From: Saprospira sp. CCB-QB6
GTDB lineage: Bacteria > Bacteroidota > Bacteroidia > Chitinophagales > Saprospiraceae
Direction of reading: 5' to 3'
Length of the DNA stretch: 64,000 bases
Assembly: GCF_028464065.1 (NCBI RefSeq)
Contig: NZ_CP116808.1
Span: forward strand, 1,199,886-1,263,885
The position numbers and the translations under genes are program-made. The notes below the pieces were generated by a model. It searched no databases. It was not told where the DNA came from and worked only from the letters and a program-made list of their open reading frames with translations. Position 1 is the stretch's first letter. Every line of letters begins with the position of its first letter. Shown one piece after another: positions 27,197 through 36,410 of this stretch.

Positions 27197-27613
27197 TTAG
27201 AGCTCGGTACCTTCTGCAAGGTAGAAAGGATAGACCATGTTATTACGAGCATTCACCCCCTTAATTTCATAAACTACATTTACATTTACACGGCCACGGA
27301 GTTGTTCGCTTTCATCTACATCGACAGAGATGAGGCGAATACGGGGCTCATGATACAGGATGGCTGTAGTAATGAGATCTTGAATCCGAATTCGGGTAGC
27401 ATTGTTAATGCTTTGAAAAGCTTGGCTATGGATATCGCAACCATAGCTAGGGTTCATGATTCGTTCGCCGGGGAGTGTAGATAATAAGATATTAAGAGAC
27501 TCCTTAATATCTTCTTCGTCTTGAGACATAACAATTCCGCGGGTAGAGTCGCTAAAACGTGGAGGGAAGCTCCAGCCTGAGCCTAAAAATGATTTTTGGA
27601 TATCGTCTGACAT
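27197..27613 (-). CDS. gp25-like baseplate wedge protein (GPW/gp25 family, Afp9-like)
   Basis: 138 aa with LSTLPGERIMNPSYGCDIH, matching the GPW_gp25 core motif. Confidence 0.85.
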   Translation of the reverse strand: MSDDIQKSFLGSGWSFPPRFSDSTRGIVMSQDEEDIKESLNILLSTLPGERIMNPSYGCDIHSQAFQSINNATRIRIQDLITTAILYHEPRIRLISVDVDESEQLRGRVNVNVVYEIKGVNARNNMVYPFYLAEGTEL

Positions 27614-27679
27614 GCTTAGAAATTTCTTATCGTCTAAAAAATTGGGATCAACTATTTATTTTAGGAGCAAAGCAGGCGC

Positions 27680-27808
27680 TGAATTGGCCTAGCGCTGTGG
27701 AAGGGTGGCCCTCAGGCCAGACCGAGGCGGCAAAGCCGCGGCCGAAGGGCCGAGCAGTCCTGCGAGCCCTGAAACCTAGCGCCGCAGCAAAGCTGCGGAG
27801 GCCCCTAA
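27680..27808 (-). repeat. GC-rich interspersed element, variant B reverse, inside the cluster
   Basis: cctagcgctgtgg..gccagaccgaggcggcaaagccgc..cctgcgagccc..gcagctttgctgcggaggcccc. Confidence 0.85.
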
Positions 27809-27812
27809 ACTA

Positions 27813-28103
27813 CTAACCAATAAGCACCGTAGGGGCTCCAGCTACCACTGCTCCGCCATGGCCACAAGAATCACCAATACGGGCAGCGGGTTTACCTTCA
27901 ATCATGACTGTTCCTGAGCCAGAAGCAATAGAGTCGCCAGCGCAGGCACAGACGGCAGAATCGCCAAGGCGGGCCGCGGGGATTCCAGTCACCATAACAG
28001 TTCCGGCACCGCTAACAATAGGTCCTCCAACATGAGGAGCTGGACCGGGGCAAACGGCGGGGCAAACGTGCATATCGCCAATTCGGGCAGAGGGCATTCC
28101 CAT
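27813..28103 (-). CDS. PAAR-domain spike tip protein
   Basis: 96 aa, Gly/Ala-rich, with two PAAR motifs (GIPAARLGD, GKPAARIGD). Confidence 0.85.
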   Translation of the reverse strand: MGMPSARIGDMHVCPAVCPGPAPHVGGPIVSGAGTVMVTGIPAARLGDSAVCACAGDSIASGSGTVMIEGKPAARIGDSCGHGGAVVAGAPTVLIG

Positions 28104-28124
28104 AGTATATTGATTTTAAACGTA

Positions 28125-29969
28125 CTAGTTAATTTTCACTAAACCACCTTTCACTTCACATAGTCCGCCGCCTTCTAGCTTAGCAGAGGCAGAACCTTTG
28201 AGTTCCATAGTGGTTGAGCCTTCTCCTTTTACAGCCAAGGCCTTAATAGAGAAATTGGCTGTGGCTTCCATTTTTGTATCGGAACCTGATTTGGTCTCGA
28301 TGTTAATGTCTGCCTCCATTTTAATATTTTTCTTGGCTTTAACGACAAAGTCTCCATCCGTTTCGAAGAGAATTCCATTTTTGTCCATCAACATTTTGTT
28401 GACATTCACGGGGTCTTCGATCAAGATCGTATCTTCATCGTCATTAAGCTCCACGATCATTTTATCCTCTGTAATAATCTTGACGATATTTTTGCCAGGA
28501 TCATCTTGAAGTTCGATACGTGTTTTTCCTTTATTGATAGAGATAGCTTTAAAGATATTGGGATCGGCAGGAATATGCGTTTCCTCGGTGGTAATACCTC
28601 TTCCGCTACTATACATAGAGCCCAAAATGACGGGATAAGTGGGATCAGCATTAAAAAAGCCAACAACCACTTCATCGCCTACTTCGGGATAAAATACAAA
28701 TCCGCAATCTTCGGTGGCATAATAATGCGCCATACGCGCCCAAACGCCTTCACCAGCTTGATCATCAATAATTGGGATATTGATTAAAACGCGAAACTCA
28801 CCATCTGGATCTGAGTCAATTTGCTTAACTACACCATGTTGTAGGCCATGAATAGCCGGTAAAGTTCCTCCTGCTGGGCGAGAGCTGGCCGTAAGGTTGG
28901 CCTCCATATAAGGTTGAGGATCCATACCTAAGCCCACCTCTGTTAACCATTGTCCTTTAAGGATAGTGTGGCGAACTTTGCTTACATAAGCATCGCCGAC
29001 AAAGCGGGTTCCAAAACCAAAAAGCTCAATTGTTTTACCCAATTCTGCTTTGGCCGAACCATAAAACTTCAGACTACCTCGAATTCGAGAGAGATGTCCT
29101 CTTTGATAAACGGAGTCTGCCCAAGACTGGATCACATCTTTAGTTACAGGAGGAGTGGTTTTGACCGTATTTTTGGGTTCAATAACGGCCCCCAACTTAG
29201 CAGAGTCCAAGTCTCCCTGTGCATTAACCTTTGGTTTAGCGCCATCAGCTGTTACAATAGCCAAATCTGTATGACTCCAACTGGTTGCACCAACCTCTTT
29301 ATATTGATAGGTTGAGTCAATATTCATATCCATCTCTACCAAGTCATTTCCATAAGAAATAACGAGTTCAGACTTCTCACTAACCGTAGGTTTCTTAATA
29401 CTAATTTCACCATCATCAATGATAGTCACCAAGCTATTCACATCAGCCCGAGAGTGTATAAAATCCCAATCAGTGCTCCAATATTGAATTAACTTCTTGT
29501 GCTTTCCTTTCGTTGCTTCCACATCCGCAGAAAGTCCAGCCTCACTCACAACTGCCGAAATAATATCCGAATCAAGCTGATCATAAAAAACCTTGTTTTT
29601 CCGGCCAACAGTTAGTTTAAGCGCTTTATCCTTACACTTGAGCACTAGAGCTGCTCCACTATAATTAGACTGCTTAATACCATGCTCTACTAAGATACCT
29701 TTATAAAGGGTTTGCTCTTTACCAGGACCATAACCTGCTTTTACCTCCACTTCTTTTCCCGGCTCAAACATGGCATCCTCAGAGGTCGGAAACTTCTGTT
29801 CCCGAGTATCTCCGTCCTTAAGCGTAATAAGAGCATAAGGAATCTTATTCAATTCCTTTACAATATCTACGCTCTCCACGACCATTGTTTTAGGCACCTC
29901 GGTTCCATCTATCAGTACAAGTACCGACAGATAGCCTTCGCCCATGCCTTTTACTGGAGAATCTGCCAT
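28125..29969 (-). CDS. VgrG / phage late-control-D-like spike protein (gp27-gp5-like, Afp8-like)
   Basis: 614 aa, with beta-rich repeats at the C-terminus and the expected position between the tube genes and PAAR. Confidence 0.75.
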   Translation of the reverse strand: MADSPVKGMGEGYLSVLVLIDGTEVPKTMVVESVDIVKELNKIPYALITLKDGDTREQKFPTSEDAMFEPGKEVEVKAGYGPGKEQTLYKGILVEHGIKQSNYSGAALVLKCKDKALKLTVGRKNKVFYDQLDSDIISAVVSEAGLSADVEATKGKHKKLIQYWSTDWDFIHSRADVNSLVTIIDDGEISIKKPTVSEKSELVISYGNDLVEMDMNIDSTYQYKEVGATSWSHTDLAIVTADGAKPKVNAQGDLDSAKLGAVIEPKNTVKTTPPVTKDVIQSWADSVYQRGHLSRIRGSLKFYGSAKAELGKTIELFGFGTRFVGDAYVSKVRHTILKGQWLTEVGLGMDPQPYMEANLTASSRPAGGTLPAIHGLQHGVVKQIDSDPDGEFRVLINIPIIDDQAGEGVWARMAHYYATEDCGFVFYPEVGDEVVVGFFNADPTYPVILGSMYSSGRGITTEETHIPADPNIFKAISINKGKTRIELQDDPGKNIVKIITEDKMIVELNDDEDTILIEDPVNVNKMLMDKNGILFETDGDFVVKAKKNIKMEADINIETKSGSDTKMEATANFSIKALAVKGEGSTTMELKGSASAKLEGGGLCEVKGGLVKIN

Positions 29970-30005
29970 TTTTCTTTATTTATCTTCTAGTTAATTGAGT
30001 CAATT

Positions 30006-30194
30006 CTATCGATTCATTTTGTACTCCCAAGCTTCCATTGCCCGTCGTACTGCTTCCTGAATCAAAATTTCTTTATCTTTTTCGGTCATTCCCTTTCCCT
30101 GATCCTTCCCATCTTTTTTCCCTTGACCTTTGCCTCCACCATTTTCTGCATTCACATTGGTGTTGACATTCATCTCTTTTACTGTTACTGCCAT
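30006..30194 (-). CDS. Small Lys/Gly-rich protein (62 aa), Afp6-like position
   Basis: Co-oriented small ORF between the Afp5-like tube and the spike genes. Confidence 0.45.
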   Translation of the reverse strand: MAVTVKEMNVNTNVNAENGGGKGQGKKDGKDQGKGMTEKDKEILIQEAVRRAMEAWEYKMNR

Positions 30195-30228
30195 AAGGTT
30201 AGTGTTTTATCTTTGAGCAGATTATTTA

Positions 30229-30346
30229 GGGGCCTGCGGGCTACGCCCGCCGCTATGTTTCAGGGCTCGCAAGCCTGCTCGGCCCTTCAGCCGCCTTTGG
30301 CGGCTTCGGTCTGGCCCTGCGGGCCACCCTTCCACAGCGCTAGGCC
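30229..30346 (+). repeat. GC-rich interspersed element, variant B, inside the cluster
   Basis: GGGGCCTGCGGG...GGGCTCGCAAG...CACAGCGCTAGGCC. Confidence 0.85.
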
Positions 30347-30360
30347 ATAAACGGCTTCGC

Positions 30361-31050
30361 TTAATGTGCTACTACCTTAGAGAATGCATAAGAAAGTTCA
30401 ATCTCCTGAACCAACAAATCCTCTGAAGTAGAATTCAATGAGCTCAAACTCATTTTAGACGGATACGCAAAATTAAATTCCATAGAAATCAAAATCTGCG
30501 GCTTTCCCGATTGTGTAAGGTTAGGATGCATAACATTAACCTGAACTCCCTTCAACTTAAGCTGCTTATTCCAAGAAGCCATAGCATCAAAACTCTCCTC
30601 ACACCACTGTGTCCAAGGGTCAGAACTTTTAATCACATCTGGCCGAACTAGACGCTTAAGCGTAATTGCAGAGTTTTTCATCTTATCAGGTAAGTCAATA
30701 GGATAATTGTATCCCCCCTCATTATAAGTCTTCTTCCCCTCTAGTCCAATCTCTAATCCACTCACCTCTATAAATGAGTTGTGAATATTGGTGTCGCCTG
30801 GCGTAGGCAAGCCATTCGCACCACCACCATCAAGTTTGTTAATCCCCTGTTTAAGCAATCCTCCGGCCATGCCCCCAACAAAAGTATCGACAGCTCCTTT
30901 GGCTACTCCTGCCAAAAAGCTATTTCCCTCATGCTTTTGATCATACATCTGCACATCAAAGTAAAAAGCGGGAATGGGCGAGGTTGTTTTCTCGTCCTCT
31001 TTCATTACTTCATCTAAAAAGCGCTCAAATGGGCTAATGGTATTATTCAT
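30361..31050 (-). CDS. Tube-family protein with insertion (Afp5/Pvc5-like)
   Basis: PAFYFDVQM...FIEVSGLEIGLE echoes the tube-protein core of the two neighbouring tube genes. Confidence 0.65.
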   Translation of the reverse strand: MNNTISPFERFLDEVMKEDEKTTSPIPAFYFDVQMYDQKHEGNSFLAGVAKGAVDTFVGGMAGGLLKQGINKLDGGGANGLPTPGDTNIHNSFIEVSGLEIGLEGKKTYNEGGYNYPIDLPDKMKNSAITLKRLVRPDVIKSSDPWTQWCEESFDAMASWNKQLKLKGVQVNVMHPNLTQSGKPQILISMEFNFAYPSKMSLSSLNSTSEDLLVQEIELSYAFSKVVAH

Positions 31051-31110
31051 ATCTTATTGGGATTATCTATAGCTATTGGTCTAAAAGTTAATTTGCTAAG
31101 CAGTTTCAAT

Positions 31111-31569
31111 TTAACCGCCTACCTGCGTTTCAAAATGACGGAAGGCAAATTCCATCTCCTCTACCGCTACTTCATTTTCAGATTCAGCATCAAAATTAGA
31201 GGGAATGTACTTTGTAATAAAAGCCTTTTCAAGCCGCCAAATAAACTGCGTCTCCATATTGTGATCCAAGAGATGAATTTCAATTGTCCGACGAGAAGTA
31301 TACTCCCGACTCACCGCTACCTGATCAAACAAACGACTCATTTGATCATCCTGAGAGAAAGAGCCTTTCTTAAGTGTAATCCGACTATATTGCAACATGC
31401 CAGGCATGCGCTCCTTTCCAAAAAAGGGAGAATTACCATCTCGGTACTCAATCACCCCAATCTCCGCTTCCAAACCATCTACAGTCTGAAAAGACATTTC
31501 AATTGGACCAATAAACACCCGAAAGCTAAAGCGCGTTAGGGGCCATGTCATTGTGGAATCTGAACTCAT
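31111..31569 (-). CDS. Phage-tail tube protein (T4 gp19 / Hcp-like fold), copy 2
   Basis: WPLTRFSFRV...FQTVDGLEAEIGVIEYRDGN, paralogous to the 31818-32273 product. Confidence 0.85.
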   Translation of the reverse strand: MSSDSTMTWPLTRFSFRVFIGPIEMSFQTVDGLEAEIGVIEYRDGNSPFFGKERMPGMLQYSRITLKKGSFSQDDQMSRLFDQVAVSREYTSRRTIEIHLLDHNMETQFIWRLEKAFITKYIPSNFDAESENEVAVEEMEFAFRHFETQVGG

Positions 31570-31757
31570 AACATCTATTTTTAAGAAAGCAGCTGCCCAA
31601 GTTAACTAGCTAAATACTAGCGTCAAGGCATGGATTTTTTGGGCCTATGCCCTGAAAATAGCGCTTAGCGATATCACCTTTAATAATCAGGCAGTTAAGA
31701 CTCGCTATAAGTTAAGCGCTTTAGGCTACTAAATTAAAGAAAAAATCTTAATAGCAC

Positions 31758-31792
31758 AAAAAAAACCTAGCAGGTTTTTACCTGCCAGGTTT
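31758..31792 (-). terminator. Hairpin plus T-run (attenuator) after the major tube gene
   Basis: On the minus strand, the hairpin cctggcagg..cctgctagg is followed by T8, directly 3' of the stop at 31818. Confidence 0.45.
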
Positions 31793-31817
31793 AATTTATT
31801 GCTAAGCTAAATTAAGC

Positions 31818-32273
31818 TTATGCAGTTTCCATAGTCCACTCTTCGCAGCAGAACTCAAGTTCTTCGATAGCGACTTCAGAGTCAGCTTCTGCGTCAAAAG
31901 GAGTAGGAGTAAACTTAGTAACGAAAGCGTTGAGAAGAGTCCAAGTGAAAACGATCTCATCAGCTTCATTCATCAAGTGAATGATTACAGTACGACGCTC
32001 AGTGTGCTGGTGGTCAACTGAAAGCTCTTTGTACCACTGATATAGGTAGTCATCGCTCTGGAAAGTACCCTTCTTCAAGGTGATGTTGCTATAAGACATC
32101 AAACCAGGACGCTTAGTCTTGTAGAAGTTGGTAGAGTTACCTGCGCGGTACTCCATTACAGAAATCTCAGTCTCAAGACCTTCGATTGTCTGGAAGCCCA
32201 AAGTGTTGGGGATATTGTCAATCTCGATAGAGAAGTAAAACTTAGGCAGTGGCCATTCTGTTGTTGCAGACAT
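31818..32273 (-). CDS. Phage-tail tube protein (T4 gp19-like, Afp1/Pvc1-like), major copy
   Basis: WPLPKFYFSIEI...FQTIEGLETEISVMEYRAGN. Codon usage is strongly biased, consistent with high expression. Confidence 0.9.
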   Translation of the reverse strand: MSATTEWPLPKFYFSIEIDNIPNTLGFQTIEGLETEISVMEYRAGNSTNFYKTKRPGLMSYSNITLKKGTFQSDDYLYQWYKELSVDHQHTERRTVIIHLMNEADEIVFTWTLLNAFVTKFTPTPFDAEADSEVAIEELEFCCEEWTMETA

Positions 32274-32385
32274 GATATATGGCGTTTAAAAGTATGATCT
32301 AAATTTAAATTGTTGATGCTCTCTTGTTTAAGCCCAAGAGAAAGGCTCAATGCTTTAGATGTCATCTCTAAGTTAAGCGCAAAGC

Positions 32386-33879
32386 TTACTCAGCACCACC
32401 GGGCATTTTTTGCTGGAAGGTGATAACGATGAATTCAGCAGGACGAGAGATAGCTACTTTCACAGAAACTTTCATGTAACCATCTAGGATATCCTGAGGA
32501 GTCATAGTTGTACCCAAACCAACTTCTACTTGGAAAGCTTGGTCTTCAGTAGCACCTACCAAAGCACCTGCTTGCCACTGGCTACGCAAGAATGAACCAA
32601 TCATTGATTTAACTGCGATCCAAGTGTTAGCGTCATTGGGACGGAATACGAAAGGCTCACAAGCGAACTTCACAGACTGCTCCAACATGATCATAGTACG
32701 ACGTACGTTGATGTAGCGCCAGTCTTGGCTGTTACCGTCTAGAGTACGAGCACCCCATACCAAAGTACCTTTTCCAACGAAAGGACGGATAGCGTTGATT
32801 GCTTTACCACTCAAAGGCAAGTTCAAGTCTTCTTGCTCAGTAGCAGAAATGTTAACAGTAGGTCCAGTTACAGAAGAAACTGATACGTTAGCAGGAGCTT
32901 TGAATACACCTACAGTGCTGTCTACCAAAGAGTAAAGACCAGCGATAGCACCAGAAGGAGGCAATACGTTCAACATATCGCGCATTTGACCCAATACATC
33001 GTTGTATACAGGGCTTACAGCCTTCATGATGTTGTGTACAGCAGTTACGTTAGCATCAGCGTCAGCCATCTTAGCGATCTCAGCTTTGATCAACTCACCT
33101 TTTTCAGCTTTAACGAAACCAGCAGCTACGTTGTCATCAACTTCTTTGTTAAGCAATTCAACGAAACCTTCTAGGTTAGCAACGTTAGTGTAGTCAAACT
33201 CATCAGCTTGAACAACAGTAGCTTTCAACCAAGGGTAGTAAGCAGCACCAAAGTCTAGGAAGTTGTTGCCATAAGCCTCACGAGCGCGAGTTACAACATC
33301 ATCATCTAGCATGCTGCGAGATTCGTTACCGTTCCATACATCTAGGATAGCGAAGCGGCTGCGAGTATCAGCACCACAGTGCTTCAACATAGCTTGCTGT
33401 ACAGTAGCACAGTCACCTTCTTCCAAAGAGATAGCATCGGGAACTACAACCAAAGTAGGCTCTTGCTCCTTCAACAAAGCAGTGATACCACCGCCGTTCT
33501 CAGTACCAACTAGTGTTTTGGGAGAAACGTCATCGCCGTATCCACCAACAGAAACGATGTAGCAAGTTCCACCACCGTTAGCGTAGAACATTTGAAGGCT
33601 ACGGAACAACATGTAGTTACCGCCATCAACAGAAACGGTGTAGTTGTCACCTTCAGCATCAACGTTGAAAGTAGTTTTGGGAGCACCACCGAAGTAAGAT
33701 AGGTACTCAACCAAAGAAGTAATGCGCATTGGCGTGTTAGTCAAGTCGCGCTTACCAGCAGCGGCTTTCTCAGTGTGGCCAATGAAAGCAGGGATAGCAG
33801 TTCCTACTGCTACAACAGAATTCGAGAAGGCGCTTTTTTCTTCGATATAAACGCCTGGTGTTGCATACTGTTTTGCCAT
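32386..33879 (-). CDS. Contractile tail sheath protein
   Basis: N-terminus MAKQYATPGVYIEEKS is the phage/eCIS sheath signature. 497 aa with strongly biased codon usage (gct/ggt/gtt/aac/gaa). Confidence 0.9.
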   Translation of the reverse strand: MAKQYATPGVYIEEKSAFSNSVVAVGTAIPAFIGHTEKAAAGKRDLTNTPMRITSLVEYLSYFGGAPKTTFNVDAEGDNYTVSVDGGNYMLFRSLQMFYANGGGTCYIVSVGGYGDDVSPKTLVGTENGGGITALLKEQEPTLVVVPDAISLEEGDCATVQQAMLKHCGADTRSRFAILDVWNGNESRSMLDDDVVTRAREAYGNNFLDFGAAYYPWLKATVVQADEFDYTNVANLEGFVELLNKEVDDNVAAGFVKAEKGELIKAEIAKMADADANVTAVHNIMKAVSPVYNDVLGQMRDMLNVLPPSGAIAGLYSLVDSTVGVFKAPANVSVSSVTGPTVNISATEQEDLNLPLSGKAINAIRPFVGKGTLVWGARTLDGNSQDWRYINVRRTMIMLEQSVKFACEPFVFRPNDANTWIAVKSMIGSFLRSQWQAGALVGATEDQAFQVEVGLGTTMTPQDILDGYMKVSVKVAISRPAEFIVITFQQKMPGGAE

Positions 33880-33935
33880 GATTTAATTTATTTTGAAAAG
33901 TTTAATTGATTTACAAATTTATTTCTATCAACTGA

Positions 33936-35063
33936 TTACAAATATACAATTATTTCGGAAAACACAGCATCCTCAACGTTAAAATCTGTTTTTAATATTG
34001 ATTTTGCTGAATGATTAGGTAAATCTGTAATCCATTCAATTCCATTTTTGCCTCTTTTGGTCCTGAGTTTAAAGCGACTAAGTTGTTTCTCCTTAAAGGG
34101 AACAGGCTCTGAAGTTTTGACCAATATAGCCATTTCGCCAGAAGGCATTTCCACCTCTTCCGCTTCTTCAAAGTCTACTGTTTCGCCAGCTCGACCATTA
34201 TCGTAAGCTTCATGTCCTTTGTGCTGCTTATCCTCTGACATTTCCACTATATAGTAGTGCCAAGGCAGTGAACGAGCGGGAAAATGAATATTATAATCTC
34301 TTTTGGGCAACAACTTCCCTTCTGCATCAAAAAAGCGGTAAGGGCTGTCATCCTCCTTGTCAATATAAATATCCACTACGCCCCAAATACCTGCGGTTCC
34401 TTCTGGAGCCATATAAAAAGTATATTCTTCCAAACCATCTAGCTGCAAAATATACTTTCCGGCAGGTGCATCAGGCATGACCACATCTACATGTGCATTT
34501 TCGCCCTCCTGTTCCAAAAAGAAATAAGATTGACCCAATTCATCAACGACCTCAATTTCCGCATCTTCCTCTTCATCATCAAATTCGTAGCGAAAAACGG
34601 GGCCTTCAATTGGTAAGCGATCCATTTCAGAAACTAACTCATCATTAGAGAGATTGCCAGCTTCATCTTCAATCTTATCTTCAGCCCGGTTAGTGAAGTG
34701 ATAAAGATAGTCACCAAACTCATAAGGAAGACCTGTATAGTTAAGGAAGAAAGCATCTTCTACCTTCATCCAAAAACTAAGCTTTAGGGGCTTTTCCAAA
34801 CTTTCTAAAGCAGGGCCTCCTGAAACTGTTTCCCCATAACCAATCAGCAAATTATTGCCTTCAAAGGCAGTTTTAAGCTGAGTTTGTTTTAGGCGAAAAA
34901 CCGTGTCGGAAGTAGGGCTAAGAACTACATCTTGACAGATCTGCTCATCAAAGTAATCGTGCAATATAGCTATGTTCAATAGCTGATTATAGCGAGTTTG
35001 GATGTTCAGCAGCATATGATGCTCCATCGGATTCCGTCGCCTGCTAATTTTACGTCTCTTCAT
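33936..35063 (-). CDS. Acidic hypothetical protein (375 aa) between the cap and sheath genes
   Basis: Long co-oriented ORF. The N-terminus may start later (MEHHMLL). No recognisable domain. Confidence 0.6.
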   Translation of the reverse strand: MKRRKISRRRNPMEHHMLLNIQTRYNQLLNIAILHDYFDEQICQDVVLSPTSDTVFRLKQTQLKTAFEGNNLLIGYGETVSGGPALESLEKPLKLSFWMKVEDAFFLNYTGLPYEFGDYLYHFTNRAEDKIEDEAGNLSNDELVSEMDRLPIEGPVFRYEFDDEEEDAEIEVVDELGQSYFFLEQEGENAHVDVVMPDAPAGKYILQLDGLEEYTFYMAPEGTAGIWGVVDIYIDKEDDSPYRFFDAEGKLLPKRDYNIHFPARSLPWHYYIVEMSEDKQHKGHEAYDNGRAGETVDFEEAEEVEMPSGEMAILVKTSEPVPFKEKQLSRFKLRTKRGKNGIEWITDLPNHSAKSILKTDFNVEDAVFSEIIVYL

Positions 35064-35251
35064 TAAGCTCTTCTGCTTTAAGTCCCTTAAAATTAGAGAA
35101 TTTAATTTTGGTCTGCAAAGTTTATATGCAGTTTTTTTTCATTTTTTTTAACAAAAGCTAAAATTTAGCTGAAGTTAAGTCTAGAAGCCCGATGAGCAGG
35201 GCTTTTCGCCTCATTAGTTAACTGTCTGAGGCTTTAGCGCTAGCTCATTTT

Positions 35252-35370
35252 GGCCTAGCGATGTGTAGGGGTGGCCGAAGGCCAGACCGAAGCGCGCAGC
35301 GCTGAAGGGCCGAGCGAACAGCGAGCCCCGAAACGTAGCGCCGACGAGCGTAGCGAGACGGAGGCCCCAA
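35252..35370 (-). repeat. GC-rich interspersed element, variant B reverse, inside the cluster
   Basis: ggcctagcgatgtg..gccagaccgaagcg..gggccgagcgaacagcgagcccc..ggaggcccc. Confidence 0.85.
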
Positions 35371-35376
35371 ATTCTT

Positions 35377-35937
35377 CTAAATCTTGCGAATAGATGGAAT
35401 TTCTAGCTCTGGTTTCTTATGCTCAATCGGAATCGTTTTGAAACGATAAAGGACCGAAGGCAAATACTTGGCCCCTACCCCATTCCAAACATTAGATACA
35501 TCCCTAAAATCAGGAGAAACCATTTCGGCCACCAAACGCGTAAGGCTACCCGAAAGCGCTGGCGTATTTTGCTCATTAAAGACGCCTTGGCGACTCTGGA
35601 AAAAAGCAATCACCGAGCTCACAAACTTAAGGCCCTCCAAATAATTTTCATTGGTAAAATAGGCCGAAAACAACATATATATATTGACTTCAACCGGCGG
35701 AATAACCTTAGTAAAATTCCCTCGCTTGTTGGGCTGATAGGTAGCCGTCGTGCTCTTATTTCGCTCTGCCTCAATATTGATGATCGTCATCACGATCTTA
35801 TCGGCCTCTTGCACCGCCATCGATCCATCGGCATTTACTAGATGCGAAATGATGACCTTATCCTCTAAAATATTGTGTTTAGACTGCAAAAAGCGATTGA
35901 GCTCGCCCACCACAGCCGTGACAACTTTATCAATCAT
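35377..35937 (-). CDS. Tail terminator / cap protein, DUF4255-like (Afp16-like)
   Basis: 186 aa. It is the first gene upstream of the sheath module, as in many eCIS loci. The assignment rests on size and position only. Confidence 0.55.
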   Translation of the reverse strand: MIDKVVTAVVGELNRFLQSKHNILEDKVIISHLVNADGSMAVQEADKIVMTIINIEAERNKSTTATYQPNKRGNFTKVIPPVEVNIYMLFSAYFTNENYLEGLKFVSSVIAFFQSRQGVFNEQNTPALSGSLTRLVAEMVSPDFRDVSNVWNGVGAKYLPSVLYRFKTIPIEHKKPELEIPSIRKI

Positions 35938-35942
35938 AATCC

Positions 35943-36200
35943 TTATTCTTCTTCCTCCTCAGGCTCTGGCTGAGTCAGTGTTTTGATAGAAAGCGCAATA
36001 AAACGCATAATATAAATGCCCAAAAAAGAGGTAAAATACCCTATCAAGTACATCCAGAATACCCAGTTGCGCTCAATTTCACTCATATTTACCACCTCTC
36101 TGGTATAACCAAAGAACCAAAGGAACACCACCGCCATGGGCAGCGAGACGATCAGGGCCACAATCAGCCAAATGAACTCTCTTGCGATTATTTTAAACAT
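35943..36200 (-). CDS. Small membrane protein (2 TM helices, poly-Glu C-terminus)
   Basis: 85 aa ending 6 bp before the cap gene, with hydrophobic segments LIVALIVSLPMAVVFLWFF and MYLIGYFTSFLGIYIM. Confidence 0.5.
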   Translation of the reverse strand: MFKIIAREFIWLIVALIVSLPMAVVFLWFFGYTREVVNMSEIERNWVFWMYLIGYFTSFLGIYIMRFIALSIKTLTQPEPEEEEE

Positions 36201-36252
36201 GCTCTATTTTTGTTAGCCTCGATATCGCACAAGGTTGTTTTTGATTTTTATG

Positions 36253-36405
36253 TTTTGGGGCTGCCCCTCCTTTCAGTCGGGTCGGGCTGTGCCGTGGCTC
36301 GCTAATCGCTCGGCCCTGCGCCAGCAAGCTGGCTGGGTCTGCGGCTTCGCCGCACCACTTTCCATCCCTCAGCCTGCGGCGGCTTTGCCGCCTGCTCACC
36401 GCAAA
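36253..36405 (+). repeat. GC-rich interspersed element, variant A
   Basis: TTTTGGGGCTGCCCC..GGGTCGGGCTGTG..CTCGCT..CGGCCC. ORF 36193-36507 is an artefact. Confidence 0.85.
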
Positions 36406-36410
36406 AGGAC

